A stretch of DNA of 64,000 bases. Origin: the human T2T-CHM13v2.0 reference genome, Homo sapiens. The translations under genes and the position numbers were made by a program. The notes beneath the pieces are model-generated. The model made no database searches. It was not told where the DNA came from and was given only the letters and a program-made list of their open reading frames with translations. Shown one piece after another: positions 15,744 through 29,251 of the stretch. Position 1 is the stretch's first letter; each line of letters opens with the position of its first letter. Where the stretch lies: the NCBI RefSeq assembly GCF_009914755.1, contig NC_060925.1; one strand, 5' to 3'.

Positions 15744-16111
15744 TGTTACGAACTGAATTTTGTACTCTCCCAAATTAATGCATTGAAACTCTAACCCCTA
15801 ATGTGACTATATTTGAAGAGAGGACTTACATGAGGTACTTAAGGTTAAATGAGGCCAAAAGGATGGAGTCTGAATGTGCTAGGATTAGTGGCCTTATCAG
15901 AAGAGCAAGAATGAGTTCACTTTCTGCCATGTGAACTCACAGGGAGGAGGATATCTGCAAGCCAGGAAAAGAGCCCACGCCAGAACCTGACCATGCTGGC
16001 ACCCTGATCTTGGAATTCCAGTTTACAGAACTGTGAGAAAATAACTTTCTGTTGTTTAGGCAACCCAGTCTATAATATTTTATTATAGCAGTGTGAGCAG
16101 ACTAAGATAAC
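15744..16111 (+). mobile_element. MLT1A/B solo LTR
   Basis: TGTTACGAACTGAATT...GCTGGCACCCTGATCTTGGAATTCCAG...AGAACTGTGAGAAAATAA...GACTAAGA. Confidence 0.8.
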
Positions 16112-16654
16112 AGTACTGCAGCTGGCTTGCAAATAAGGCTCAGGAGAGAGACCTCATTTGTAAAAACTGGTACAAGAGCTAGGGACCTTTTCACTACTGG
16201 CTGGGGCCATACTTTTCCTATCGTCCCCAGGTCTGTGACAGACAGGAAGCCACACCTCAGACACAGAGCCCATATGCTTAAAACTTGCTTCTCATGAGCC
16301 CCCCGGGGTGGAAGGCTCTCGAGGCATCCAGCTGCACACCCTTGACCAACATCTGCTAGGTGCTCAAAGGAAACAGTGGGTGACAAAAGCAACGTCTTTG
16401 ACATTTAAGTCAGCCTTTGGTGCATCTACTTTCCCACAAACCCACCATGACACATGTTTTTGTAATGAAGCATTACAAAGGCCAAAAAAGGCCGCATAAA
16501 AGAGCCCACAAGACCCAGGCGTTTCCATTCTTAATACATGTTGTTTGAGGTGCGCCTCCCACCTTATCCCACCTCCTCACTGTCCTGCAGGTGATGGTCC
16601 CTTTAGCCTTAGGCACTTGGGGGCGCTACTCACAGGATCACCTGGAGCACTGCA

Positions 16655-16957
16655 TTTTTTGTTTTTGTTTTTGTTTTTGTTTGAGACAGAGTCTTGCTCT
16701 GTTGTCCAGCCTGGAGTGCAGTGGCACGATCTCAGCTTACTGCAACCTCCGCCTCCTGGATTTAAGTGATTCTCCTGCATCAGCCTCCTGAATAGCTGGG
16801 ATTACAGGCGCCCACCACCATGCCTGGCTAATTTTTTGTGTTTTGGGTAGAGACTGGTTTCACCATGTTGGCCAGGCTGGTCTCCTGACCTCAAGTGATC
16901 CACCCACCTCGGCCTCCCAAACTGCTGGGATTACAGGTATGAACCACTGCGCCCAAC
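16655..16957 (-). mobile_element. AluS
   Basis: (TTTTTG)n tail plus antisense Alu; TSD TGGA(G/T)CACTG. Confidence 0.95.
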
Positions 16958-17689
16958 ATGGATCACTGTTTTTTTATAAGTACTCTCACAATGGGCCCTC
17001 TGAGTTAGAATTTTGCCTCAAACACCCACAGAATGCATAATCTCAGGCAAGTCATTTAACTTATTTGAGTGTCAGTTTATTCATCTGTATTCATCTGATC
17101 AACAAATATTTGTTTTTTTGAGTTCCTCTAATACCAGGCATTAATCTAAGTTTGGAATTCATGCTTCGCCATTTCTTTTTGAGAAATTCGGACTGTTAGT
17201 CATGATACGATTTAGTAACCCATGTGTGACCTCCACACTGTTCTCAGTCATGCACAATGTATCACACTTGAATATGAGGACTGAGAATAAAAGATGATCA
17301 ATCTGCAGAGTCACTGCCTGAACTTTACCATATCAGGGTTCGTCACAAGGGTTCTAACTGCAAGAGAGCCTGATGAGCCTCCTGAAAGAAATAGTGAATG
17401 CACTGAATGGTATTTAAACCTTTGCACCAGGAGGGAGGACAGTGATGCTCCCTGGCTTTTTGAGTGGGAAGAAGGTTATCTGGAGGCAACAAAGAAGAAA
17501 AGTTGCCATGGGATCCAGTTGGATTATTAATGGGAATGAATGCTGTTGGGAGTAAGCCTGTGTAATTTCTCTTAAATATCTTCTAATTTTTTTTGCAGCA
17601 TTTAAGGGTCAAAAATTGATAAGTTGAAAAAGTGAATGAATTGCAACTTGAGGGTGCTGTAAAACTATTACTTGGGGAATCTGTTAGAG

Positions 17690-18300
17690 TTGTTTCAACA
17701 ATTATTTATTGAGTGCATATTAGTTGTCAGGCACTCTGCTAGGCTGGGTCTACATACCTCCTGTATTTGTGGAGTTGGAGTACAGTGAGGAAGAAAGACA
17801 TTATAAAAATATGTGTAAATATGTGTGTGTATATATGTGTGTGTGTGTCTAATGAGAAACTGCGATAAGTACTAAAAAAGAAAAAAAAACTCAGAATATT
17901 ATGAAAGAGAATCCTAACAGGGATTATCTCACCTAGATGGAGTGACCAGCAAAGGCCTCTTTGAGGAAGTGATGTTTAGGATGGAAGGATTCTAGGAGCT
18001 GGTCATACAAGAATGGGGCAGAAGTGGGGCAAAGAGGATTCCAGGCAATGGGAGCATCTCAAGCCAAGGCCCTTATGTGGAAAAAACTTGCCACGTTTGA
18101 TGAACTGAAAGGTTGTGCAGACAATGTGATGAGAGAGGAATAGAGTAAAGTGAGATAAGTTGGAGAGTTAGAAAGAGTCCAGAAAATGCAAGTTCATGGA
18201 AGTCATGGTAAAAAGTTCAGATTTTATTCTAAAGTCAATAGAAAGTGACCGAAGTGTTATTTGAAACAGCAGACTGACATGATTAGGTTTACATTTGCAT
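17690..18300 (-). mobile_element. L2 3' fragment
   Basis: TTCAACAATTATTTATTGAGTGC...CAGGCACTCTGCTAGG; GGCCTCTTTGAGGAAGTGATGTTT; GATTTTATTCTAA. Confidence 0.65.
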
Positions 18301-19398
18301 CAGCGGCATCTGAAGCAGTGACACGACCCACCTCAGTGAAAGGTGGGGAACACACAGTGTTGTCATGCTTCTTCTACAGTAAAGTCAGCAACAGGCCAAT
18401 AAGGGCTTCACAGTGCCATCAGGGCCTGGAGCACATGGCATCACTGAATGAGGGTGCAGAATTCCCAGCAAGAAATCCTGTTCCAGAACTGGGACCCTTC
18501 TGCATTCATTAATTCAATCAACATATATTTCTGAGTTTTTACCAGTGATGATGAACAAATAGACACAGTGCACCACGTATAATTTGTTAGTACTCAGTAC
18601 CATCTCTGTTATTCTATACTTTTCCCTGTCCCCAGGAGCATAGTCTAGAAATTACAATTACAATTTCTATCCTCCATTGCAAATGGGATCCCAACTGGAT
18701 TCCACCAATAAGAGGAAGTTGCATGAGATTTAGAGGGTAGAAGAGAAGGGGAAGCCATTGTTCTTCATAGCAGCTACTGAGAGAGTAGAGGCAGTGTGGA
18801 ATTTTCTCACTGCTTTTGGGTATCCTCCTAAGAATCATCAGGTCAGTGCTCCCGGCAACTGAAATGATTGGTTGTAGCACAAGCACACACTTTAAAGTTT
18901 CTTAAAAGTGGCCTTCCTGATCTTTACTTGCCTAGCTTTTAATTCCTATATTAAACCATTTCTTACTCTATATACTTAGAGTGGCTTCTGTTTTTCTGAC
19001 CAGACCCCGACTGATATAAATGGGACAGGGAAAGAAAGGGCATAGTCCTGAGATCACAGTATTACAGTTTTGTGGGGTGTCAGAGTTGAATGATAATTTT
19101 GACTCCATTGCTACTGTCATGCACAGCCTCTGGATTCTCCCCTTCAACCTCCTGTAACTTGGCGAAAAAAGAGTTATGTGTGATAGCTTATCGCTCAACT
19201 CATCCTTTCACAGTAGAAAAGGACAATAAAGTTCTTTTTCTCTTAGAGACTAATCTTATCAAATTGAAGCATACAGCAAGTTTTGGCCATCGACTTACTA
19301 AAGTACAATAAGCAATCTTTAATATCTTGCAGAATTTCCTGAGCCTATCAGATCTTGTGAGGTGGGAGTAGAAAAGGCCATATACATAAAGGATAATA

Positions 19399-19757
19399 CA
19401 GGTTGAGCAGTCCTAATCCCAAAATCTCAAATCCAAAATGCTCCCAAATCCAAAACTTTCTGAGAGCCAATCTGATACAACAGGTGGAAAATTCCACATG
19501 TGATCTCACGTGGATCACAGTAAGAACAAAATCAAAATTTTGTTTCATGCGCAGAATTATTGAAAATATCCTATAATATTATCTTCAGCTATGTGTACAA
19601 GGTGCGTGCAAAATATAGATGAATTTTGTGTTAAGAATTGGGTCCCACCTCCAAGATATCTCATTATGTATGTGGAAATATTCTAAAATCTTAAAATTAA
19701 GTTCAAAATCCAAAACACTTCTGGTCCCAAGCATTTGAGATAAGGGATACTTAACTG
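19399..19757 (+). mobile_element. Tigger4/MER46-type non-autonomous DNA transposon
   Basis: Terminal inverted repeats CAGGTTGAGCAGTCCTAATCC ... GATAAGGGATACTTAACTG, preceded by TA. Confidence 0.8.
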
Positions 19758-20409
19758 CAGAAAGAGCAGACACCTTTTGGAGATGACAGGTGGAGGTGTG
19801 AGTGAATCCTGGTTACACTCGTCACCAGGGTTACTTTTCTTCTCTGAGTCCAATTACTCATCTATGAAAATAATATACATACTAATTTTTATGGGACCAT
19901 AGTGCATATTATTAATGATGATTGTGATAAATAATAATTACAGCTAACAGTTGTAGAGCATTTACTATATGCTGGACACTCTTCTAAGTGCCTCACATGA
20001 ATTAGTCATTTCATTAATCCCCACAATAATGTTAGAAGTAACAGAGATAAGGATTGTAGCAGGGCTGAGAAGGTGACATACTAACATGGGTTTCTGACTC
20101 CATCCTCTGACAGACTCAATCCCCAGAAACAAGAATTGTCTTGATGGGCCTGAGAAACTGACATAGACCTGAGAAACTCTTGAGGGGAGAAGGGTGGTGC
20201 TTGGGTCTGGGTGTGCATGTGGGTAGATGCATACAACAGCTCAGAGTGGAAGAGTGTCAGATACCCTTGGTGCCAGAGCTATGGTTCTGCACATTTCTGT
20301 TTCCCACATTGCCATAATTAGTTACATAATCATAATTGCATAATCATTCTCATAACAAATTACACCAATAATTACATTATTACACTAATAATTTCATTAG
20401 TGTAATTAA

Positions 20410-23400
20410 TTATAGAAAGAGAACATTCTGAAAGCTTCTGGAGAAAAATGGCAAATCACCTGAAAAGGAATGAGAGTTAGATTGACCACCAACTTCTCAA
20501 TAACAGCCCTGGATACAAGAAGACAAAAAGTTATGTTTGCCATTTTTTGGGAAAAAAGTATGTCATATTTGGAAATGTATATTCAAGTAAACCATCATTT
20601 AAGTATGAAGACAAAGGAAACATAAAAATACAACACAATCCAGAATTTAAATTTTAGGTGCTATCGACATGGCACTCCACCAACATGATGGAGGTAGTGG
20701 CTGGGAATGGAGTGGTTATACTAAAGTGCTAATGCTGTTCAGAGAACTATATAGATATTTATAAATTTAAGAGATTGGTGGAAAAATAGACAAGAGCCCA
20801 TTTTTTTGATAAATTAAAAGTAACCACCAGAAGAATAAAAATAAGAATATTCAAATTTTCTACCAGCAGAAAAACAATTTGGTCTAGCTAGTAAAAGGAA
20901 GGAAGAGGGCAGGAGGAACCTGATAAATAACCATGAAATAAGATGGTATTAATATATAAGCCCTAGTATAACCACAGTAGCAATTTTAGTATCAGGCAGA
21001 ACAGAATCCAAGGTAAGGAAATATTCTAAGGCTAAAAATTGGGCAAAATACACTCATAGGAGTGAAAGTAAAATAATTAGGAACATATATGTATCTAACA
21101 AGATAGCTCAAAACAAGGGATCAAATGACAAATATATAAAGAAATAAATATATTATTAATTGCACTTGGAAATTTTAATATATTCATTTTAGAGACTGAA
21201 ATGTCAAGCAAAGATACAGCACACTTGAATGATATAATTAAAAAGCCTCAACTGATATATATATGTAAATTATACCAAATACATGGATTTATAGCAAATT
21301 GAAAATAGATTTTTTTTCAAATAAGAGACACTCTCACAAAAATAGAGTATTAGCTGCAAGAAAAGTCTCAATAAGTTTCAAATGGTCAACATTATACAGA
21401 CTACATTTTGCTCTCTCTCCTGAGAACTTAACCTGTATGGACCATGTCAGTGGGTTTCCTTGCTGTCTGGACTTCAGTAGAGTTTGCCCAATGTGGAGTA
21501 CCAGCAGAAGAGAAGGAGGTGGTGGAACAGGGTACTGATTGTGGCTCCTCCTTGTGTGGTCACCTTAGACAGGCTGGCAATTCTTAACTGGAAGTCAACA
21601 ACCCTGGTCCTACAAGCTCTAGAGCATCATAGGATCCCTTTTGGTTTCCCACCTTTGTGTTTGTAAACAATCCCTTTTATTAAGTCCTTCTTAAGTTATT
21701 CTAATTTGAGTGTTTCAGCTGTTTGCAGATGAGATCCTATTGATACAATAGGGAAATTCTCTTAGTGACAGAGGCAACAGACAAAAATCCAAATACCTTT
21801 GGAAAATATACTCACACTTATTATGAGAAACTTTAGATGCAGACTCTTCAAGAGTAGGATGAAGACAAACAGGTCCAAAATCACGGGTACTGTTCTAAAG
21901 AGTTCTTGAGGTCTGGGACAATATGAAAAGAAAAAGAATGAGGTATAAGGATTGAAAAAAAGATAAAAAATGGTCACCTTTTCCACTGATAATATAGATC
22001 TCTATTAAAAAACAGAATCAACAGACACACTATCAAAAGTAAAAAGAGAGATCCACAAGTTTGCAAGAATCAATATTATTTATTACAAAATAAAGAGTAT
22101 TTATCTAAACCAACAATAACCGTCTGTTATTAGGTGTCTATTGCTGCATAAAAATTTACCCCAAAGCATAATGATTTGAAATAAAAAATATTTATTATCT
22201 CACAATTTCTGTGGGTCAGGAATCCAAGCTTGGTTTTGCTGGGTGACTTGGGCTAACCTATGAGAGAGGTTGGGCTGCAATCATCTCCAGGCTCAACTGG
22301 AGCAGAATCCACTCATGTGACTCACTCACGTTGCTGTTGGAGGCTTCAGGTCCTTGCTGGATGTTCGCCAGAAAAATTACTTCTTTGCGACATGGGCCTC
22401 TCTATTGGTCTACGCACAATCTGGAAGTTTGCTTCCCCTAGAATAGGGGAGGGGAGGAAGAGATGAAAACTGTAGTTCTTTTTGCAGTTTAATCTTAGAG
22501 GAGAAATCCCATCATTTCTGCTGTATTCTATTAGCTAGAATTGAGTCAGTTAAGTCTAGGCCACTCTCAAGGAGAGGGTATAATAGAAGTGCATAAATAC
22601 CAGGAAGTGGGCAATTATTGGCATCATCTTAGAGACTACCTACCACAGCATCTGAAAATACCACAGAAAATAAGACCCCATTTGTAACCACAACAAAATT
22701 ACAAAGCATCAAGCAATTCATCTAAGAAAGGGTGTATGAGACTACTCTGGAGAAAAATTTTAAAGGTCATAAAAATATGAAAAACTGTTACGGATAGGGT
22801 AAAAATAACAGTTCCTCCAAATTATTGCAATTACATTTAATGGTTCAGTAGGATGTTTTAGGAACATGATAGTTTTTTCATATACATATACATATATACA
22901 CATATATATTTTTCCATATATATTTCATATATATACATATACATATGAAAAAATGAAATTAAATATGCCCAAAGTTGAGTCGATTTTAAAAAGAGAAAAA
23001 CAAAAAGGAGGGGATTTTGCCATACCATCTCTCAAGACATTCCACAAAGCTGCAATTACAGAAACAATGTGACCCTGGTATCAGAATAGATAAACAGATC
23101 AATGAAATAGAAATAAGAGTTCAGAAAAAGACTCGACTATATGTGGAAACTTGATATGTGATAAATATGCCAATTCAGTGGAAGAAAAGATGGGATGTGT
23201 GGAAAAATTAGATCATACATGGAGAAAAATAGACTCCTGTCTCATCTCACAAAGGTGGACTCCAGATGGATTAAAGTCTAAATACAAAACCTGTGCAACT
23301 ATGGATTATATCTATAATATTAAGTACAAGGAGATCCTGCAAATCAGCACAAAAAAAGGTAAGAAACCCAGTTTAAAAATGGGCATGGCATGTGAACAGG

Positions 23401-23660
23401 AAATATATACAAAAAGGAAAACTTGAATGCCAACAAGCATATGATCAGATGTTTAACCTCACAAGAGATCAGAAAAAGGAAGATCAATAGACAATGATAT
23501 ATAACTTTATAGTCATAATGCTTGGCAAAAATTAAAAGATGGATAATACCAAGTAGAGCTGAGGACATGGGATAAAATAGTTCTTCATAATTGGTGGTGG
23601 TGTCAAGGCATTCAGCCACTCAGATGAGCATCCAGAAATCACTTAGTGAAATTAAATATA
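20410..23660 (+). mobile_element. Ancient fragmented L1 (L1M) with nested LTR pieces (about 21400-21750; MLT1 at about 22125-22650)
   Basis: A-rich, degenerate L1 ORF2-like peptides (ORFs 22866 and 23151); MLT1 motif CTATTGCTGCATAA...TTATTATCTCACAATTTCTGTGGGTCAGGAAT. Confidence 0.55.
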
Positions 23661-25344
23661 TAGGTGCATGTCTGTGAATAAACAAGTTTCAGCCAGGAGT
23701 GTACTGGGGTCTTTGCTCACCTCTGGGGAAAATCAGATTTGGTTTTCTTACTAACTTGGCAGATGCCCTTGGAAGTCTCCTCTAGGTTTGTGAAGGTTCA
23801 TAGCAGCTACTTTCCTTATGCATCACTCTCTGCGACTGCTGAGTCACCTCTGGAGCTCTGAGTTACAATCCACTGAGTCCACTTCCCTGGTAGAACACTG
23901 GATGGAAGAAAGAAATAGGAACTTTGTTCTCTTTATGCCCCTGTCCTTTTAACCTCCATGTGACTAACATCCTAGGTGTAGCAGCATACTTAAATCCTTT
24001 TTCTAGATGGTTAAGACAATTTCTGAAGGAAATTACAATGCCGGAGGGACCACAATTGAAGATAACTTGAATTTTCATCTAATGAGAAGATACTTTAAAA
24101 AATCATAACAACTAGTATAAGGTGGTTTCTCCTATTTTGTCCTCCATATAAATTTGCTCCCAAGTGTCACCCAGGTCCCTTTGAATCTCTATGGCTCGTA
24201 AGCCCCCCCCTCCTCCTCAAAGAGATTGTCAGCTCTGAATATTTCTCCTTTGTCTATCCTCAAGGAACCTCTGGTTCCAGAATCAGAGATTCTGCAGGTG
24301 TAATTGGGGAGGGTAGAGCAAGACTTAGCAAAGCTCTTCCATTTAAATTCCCAGCCTGTGGGAGCCACCAGCCTTTGATTTATTTATTAAGTTCATCTCT
24401 CAAAGGCAAATATTATTTTCTTTAGCATTCACAGAACTAAGATCTACTTGTAACAATTATTTCTCCTTATTAATAAGGTTTGGAAATACCCCAAAACATA
24501 ATGGGTCCCTGTTATTGTACATAGGGTTGTTTTATTTTTCCATGACTTTGCCAACCTGTGATGTTTGGTGGCATTACTGAAGATCAATATGAGTGTTTAA
24601 AGATGCTCTCTTTGACTCTATTTCAGTTCAGATTCTCTCTATGCCTGGAGGATAGCAGGAGAGTTGGGGGCAGGTATGGTCTTCTAATTTCTTCTGTTGC
24701 AGAATGAATCAACAGAAGCAGCAGGGAAGAAGGAGATGTAAAAATACAGCATAATTCTTATTGGACAGTGCTGGAAGTTCCTGTGGGAGTTTGAGATAGA
24801 AAAATCGAGAGGTACTAGTCTGAAATGGAGAGGCTCATCAGTTCAGGGTAGGATCTCAGAGAGATACTGGATGTCAAACGTCGACTTTGCACTTTCCCCT
24901 GCAACCTCTCTCCCTCTCTCCACTTTGTTTGTCCTTAATGGAAGAAGGTCGATTATATTAAGTCTACAGATGAATTATTTGGGGAAAGATTCACTAAATT
25001 TACAACATCTTTTGAGTGCCTACCTTGGTGCTAGGGACTATTCTAAGTGTATCAAATGCTTTGACTCATTTAATCCTCCCAACCCCCGTAAAGCAAGTAC
25101 TATTATGATCATGCTTATTTTTATAAATGAGAAAACTGTGGCACCGAGGAGGGAAGGTGACCTGTCCAGTTCACACAGCTAATGAGCAGAAGAGCTGGGA
25201 TTGGAAGTCACATAGTTTAACTCCAGAACCACCCACTCCCAACCATCATGCAACACCACCTCCCCATCCAGGATATGGTGTATTTTTCCCACTTATTTGA
25301 ATCTTTGACATTTTCAGTAGAATTTTTATAATTTAAAAGATACG

Positions 25345-25686
<342 letters not shown>

Positions 25687-26674
25687 TCAAATAGTTTTTT
25701 TGTTGTCTATATGGTAGAATTCTTAAAATTACAATTTCTGATTATGAAATTTAAAGTTAGTTGAATTCATAACGATGAATAAAGTCACATGTGAGTTCAA
25801 AAGCTCGTTAACTCGTGCACTGTCTTGCTAGTCTCATCCCTTGCACTGTTTAAGAGTGGAGAGTGGGATGTGAGCAGGAGTGCCTGGTAAGGAGGCAGTA
25901 GGAGCTGACGCTAAAGAGCCTTGGGTAACGGTAAGAAGCTTGCCTTGCTCCTGAATCAAACCTTCCAACAGAAGGCAGGGAAGTGAGATCATTAGGTTTG
26001 TTTTTTAAAAAGCATTTTTCTTATAGCATTTTACTGGGTGATTTGGGCTTGGGAAAGGTCGGTGGCAGGGCACCTGTTAGGGCATTATTGCAGTATTTCA
26101 AGTGAGAGATAAAGTCTGACCCCAGGCAACAGCAGTAAGAAAAATGGGAGTAGCGAGGATGGGGCAGGGGGGCAGTACACTGAGGGGAGGGTAAGGAACA
26201 GGTCTCAGGTAAAAGCGACAGTCCTGGGTGACCAGTTAAACGTTGGGGGAGAGGAAAAGAAAGGAGATGAAGTTGCCACCAGAAAGAGTGGCCTCAGGAG
26301 AAAGGGGTTGTACAGGGTTGGGGATGGGGTGGGATGGGCAGAATGTATCAGGGAAATAGTACCCTTGGGGTTGGTGTGGTACAGGTGAGTGGGCCTGAAT
26401 GATAGTAATGGAAATCCCAAAGCATGATATAAAAACTAACGAAATTTGAAAAGTAATAAACATGAAAAAAATGAAAAATTTTGATTTATGGGGGATTTAT
26501 TTGGCTTCTATTGGAGAATGATTAGGACTGAAGCTAACTACTTGGAAGTTATTGGCATATAAATGGTATGTGAGGCCAGAGGAAATGGTGAGATGAGCCC
26601 AAGTAGAGAGGCCAGCTTTAAACAACAACAACAACAACAAAAAAAAAAAAAAAAAAAAAAAAGCAAAACAAAGA

Positions 26675-26836
26675 AATAGGACACAGAGTTAGATTTGAAT
26701 GTCAGATATATGATGAATAATTGTTTAGTATATTCCATGTTTGGACATGTTTAAGACCTACTTGTCCTAAAAATAATGTATTATTTATCTGAAATTCAAA
26801 TTTAACTGGGCACCATGTATTTCATCTGGCAACCAT
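26675..26836. mobile_element. hAT-Charlie MER33/MER3-like fragment
   Basis: GTTAGATTTGAATGTCAGATA...TTATCTGAAATTCAAATTTAACTGGG...TCTGGCAACC. Confidence 0.6.
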
Positions 26837-27124
26837 AACAGGGGCAGCACACAGAAATGTTGGCAGGGACCAGGCAGGCCTTTCAGATAGTGAGGTGGTG
26901 TGTGAGACACAGGCCAGTGGTGGAGGCTGGGTGACCCAGAACTCCTGTCTCTCATTCTCAGGGGCAGCTGCTACATACTTCCCACTGATTGGGTTTGCAG
27001 AGATGGCCTCGAGGGTGTCTGATATTCTGATATTTCAAAACAGAATAGAAATATGTATTTTAATGTGTATTTAATATATATATTTTAAAATATTTTTAAT
27101 GTTGATATTAAAAGTGGTCAGTTG

Positions 27125-27440
27125 GGCTCAGTGCAGTGGCTCATGCCTGTAATTCCAGCACTTTGGGAAACTGAGGCAGGAGGATGTCTTGAAGCTAGGA
27201 GTTTGAGACAAGCCTGGGCAACATAGCAAGTCCCCATCTGTACAAAAAAAAAAAAGAATAAATTAGTCAGGTGTAGTGACTTATGCCTATAATCCCAGCT
27301 ACTCAGGAGGCCAAGGCAAGAGGATTGCTTGAGCCCAGGAGTTTGAGGCTGCAGTTAACTACGATAGCACCACTGCACTCCAGCCTGGGTGACAGAGTGA
27401 GACTCTGTCTCTATTTAAATAAATAAGTAAATAAATAAAC
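27125..27440 (+). mobile_element. AluJ immediately upstream of the FASLG promoter
   Basis: GAGGATTGCTTGAGCCCAGGAGTTTGAGGCTGCAG (J-type); tail is (TAAA)n. Confidence 0.92.
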
Positions 27441-27441
27441 T
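27412..27441 (+). promoter_or_regulatory. Forkhead (FOXO) response element cluster
   Basis: TAAATAAATAAGTAAATAAATAAAC with GTAAATAA at 27427-27434; matches my recollection of the described FASLG FHRE. Confidence 0.7.
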
Positions 27442-27464
27442 GGGCAAACAATGAAAATGAAAAC

Positions 27465-27474
27465 ATTGCGAAAT
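27465..27474 (+). promoter_or_regulatory. C/EBP site ATTGCGAAAT spanning the known FASLG -844 C/T position (C allele here)
   Basis: The C at 27469 is exactly 844 nt upstream of the ATG at 28313; motif fits C/EBP TTGCNNAA. Confidence 0.85.
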
Positions 27475-28024
27475 ACAAAGCAGCTCTGTGGGTTCCACTG
27501 GTTTGCAGCCTCTGATCTAATTTCTAAAGTGGGTGTAGCAGGTTTTTAACCTGTAAATTATGGTGATCGGCAGGTCAGGGTAAATGGTAGTTGTGTGTGG
27601 GGAAGAGATGATGGCAACAGATGTTTTCCTCCTGCAAAAACTAAAATGTGGGAGTGACTTCTCTGGCCATGACTCCATGGTCTCTCCCCTCAGAGCCATT
27701 TTCAGTAAAATTTTTATAGTTTAAAAAATACGGTTCTGAACAATTTTTGTTAGAGTTATTTTGGGATTTTTAAATAGTTTTTTGGTTGTGTATATGGTAG
27801 AATTCTTAAAATTATACAATTATAATGTATAAAAAAGCATGCAATTATAATTCATAAAATTATAGCCCCACTGACCATTCTCCTGTAGCTGGGAGCAGTT
27901 CACACTAACAGGGCTATACCCCCATGCTGACCTGCTCTGCAGGATCCCAGGAAGGTGAGCATAGCCTACTAACCTGTTTGGGTAGCACAGCGACAGCAAC
28001 TGAGGCCTTGAAGGCTGTTATCAG

Positions 28025-28312
28025 AAAATTGTGGGCGGAAACTTCCAGGGGTTTGCTCTGAGCTTCTTGAGGCTTCTCAGCTTCAGCTGCAAAGTGAGTG
28101 GGTGTTTCTTTGAGAAGCAGAATCAGAGAGAGAGAGATAGAGAAAGAGAAAGACAGAGGTGTTTCCCTTAGCTATGGAAACTCTATAAGAGAGATCCAGC
28201 TTGCCTCCTCTTGAGCAGTCAGCAACAGGGTCCCGTCCTTGACACCTCAGCCTCTACAGGACTGAGAAGAAGTAAAACCGTTTGCTGGGGCTGGCCTGAC
28301 TCACCAGCTGCC
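28025..28312 (+). promoter_or_regulatory. FASLG: FASLG proximal promoter and 5'UTR
   Basis: Sp1/NFAT composite GGGCGGAAA (28033-28041), Egr-type GTGGGTGT (28098-28105), GA-rich tract (about 28125-28153), kB-like GGTGTTTCCC (28158-28167), NFAT TGGAAA (28175-28180), TATAA (28184-28188), AP-1 TGACTCA (28297-28303). Confidence 0.85.
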
Positions 28313-28660
28313 ATGCAGCAGCCCTTCAATTACCCATATCCCCAGATCTACTGGGTGGACAGCAGTGCCAGCTCTCCCTGGGCCCCTCCAGGCACAGTTC
28401 TTCCCTGTCCAACCTCTGTGCCCAGAAGGCCTGGTCAAAGGAGGCCACCACCACCACCGCCACCGCCACCACTACCACCTCCGCCGCCGCCGCCACCACT
28501 GCCTCCACTACCGCTGCCACCCCTGAAGAAGAGAGGGAACCACAGCACAGGCCTGTGTCTCCTTGTGATGTTTTTCATGGTTCTGGTTGCCTTGGTAGGA
28601 TTGGGCCTGGGGATGTTTCAGCTCTTCCACCTACAGAAGGAGCTGGCAGAACTCCGAGAG
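28313..28660 (+). CDS. FASLG: Fas ligand coding exon 1 (aa 1-116: cytoplasmic tail, proline-rich domain, transmembrane helix)
   Basis: GCC-ATG at 28313 translates [27 protein letters not shown]...[58 protein letters not shown]; donor GAG|GTAAGC at 28660/28661; 348 nt. Confidence 0.99.
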
Positions 28661-29205
28661 GTAAGCCTGCCGGCAGACTGCTGTGCCCTGGAGGCACCAG
28701 GCATAAGGGGATGGAGGGCCCACTGCCTGGCTTGCAAAGTGCTTTTCAATCCTTTTTTTTTTTTTCTTAGAAATGGGTTGTTCTAGTTATTCTATTCTAT
28801 AGACAGAGAAATGGAGGCTCATAGGGGTGAAGGGAATATTTTTTACTTTGTAAAGAATCAGAGCCCAACAGTTTGTCTTTCCTCAGTTGTCAACTCAGTC
28901 TGTTGAACCACTTACTGCCTCATACCTATTGATTTAAGGAGTAAAAAACAAACAAACAAAACTTTTAAGTTTTGCTTGGAAGTAAATTTGTTCAGATGAC
29001 CAAACTAAATCTTGAAAATTGGTACGATTCCAAATCACAAAACTGAGGGACAGTGAGGCAAAATTGCTTGGCCAAAGCCCAAGTTAGCAGAACTTCTGAG
29101 GTATTTGGATTCTCTTTCCAGGGCTTGGTTTATTTGACGATTCTGCCTCTTTTGCTTAAAGAATTTTATTTTTATTATACATCTTTTCTCTTTCTGTTTT
29201 ACTAG

Positions 29206-29251
29206 TCTACCAGCCAGATGCACACAGCATCATCTTTGGAGAAGCAAATAG
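29206..29251 (+). CDS. FASLG: Fas ligand exon 2 (stalk, STSQMHTASSLEKQI; metalloprotease shedding region)
   Basis: Polypyrimidine tract plus CTAG acceptor at 29202-29205; 46 nt; donor TAG|GTGAGT; reading frame continues from exon 1. Confidence 0.98.

Noticed and set aside
22873-22953. TA-rich hairpin-like tract flanked by TTTTTCATAT/ATATGAAAAA
   Set aside because: Low-complexity TA microsatellite inside an old L1, where self-complementarity is expected
28211-28312. 34-codon in-frame N-terminal extension from TTG
   Set aside because: Non-AUG start in poor context, at or upstream of the expected TATA-directed TSS; an open frame of this length is unremarkable
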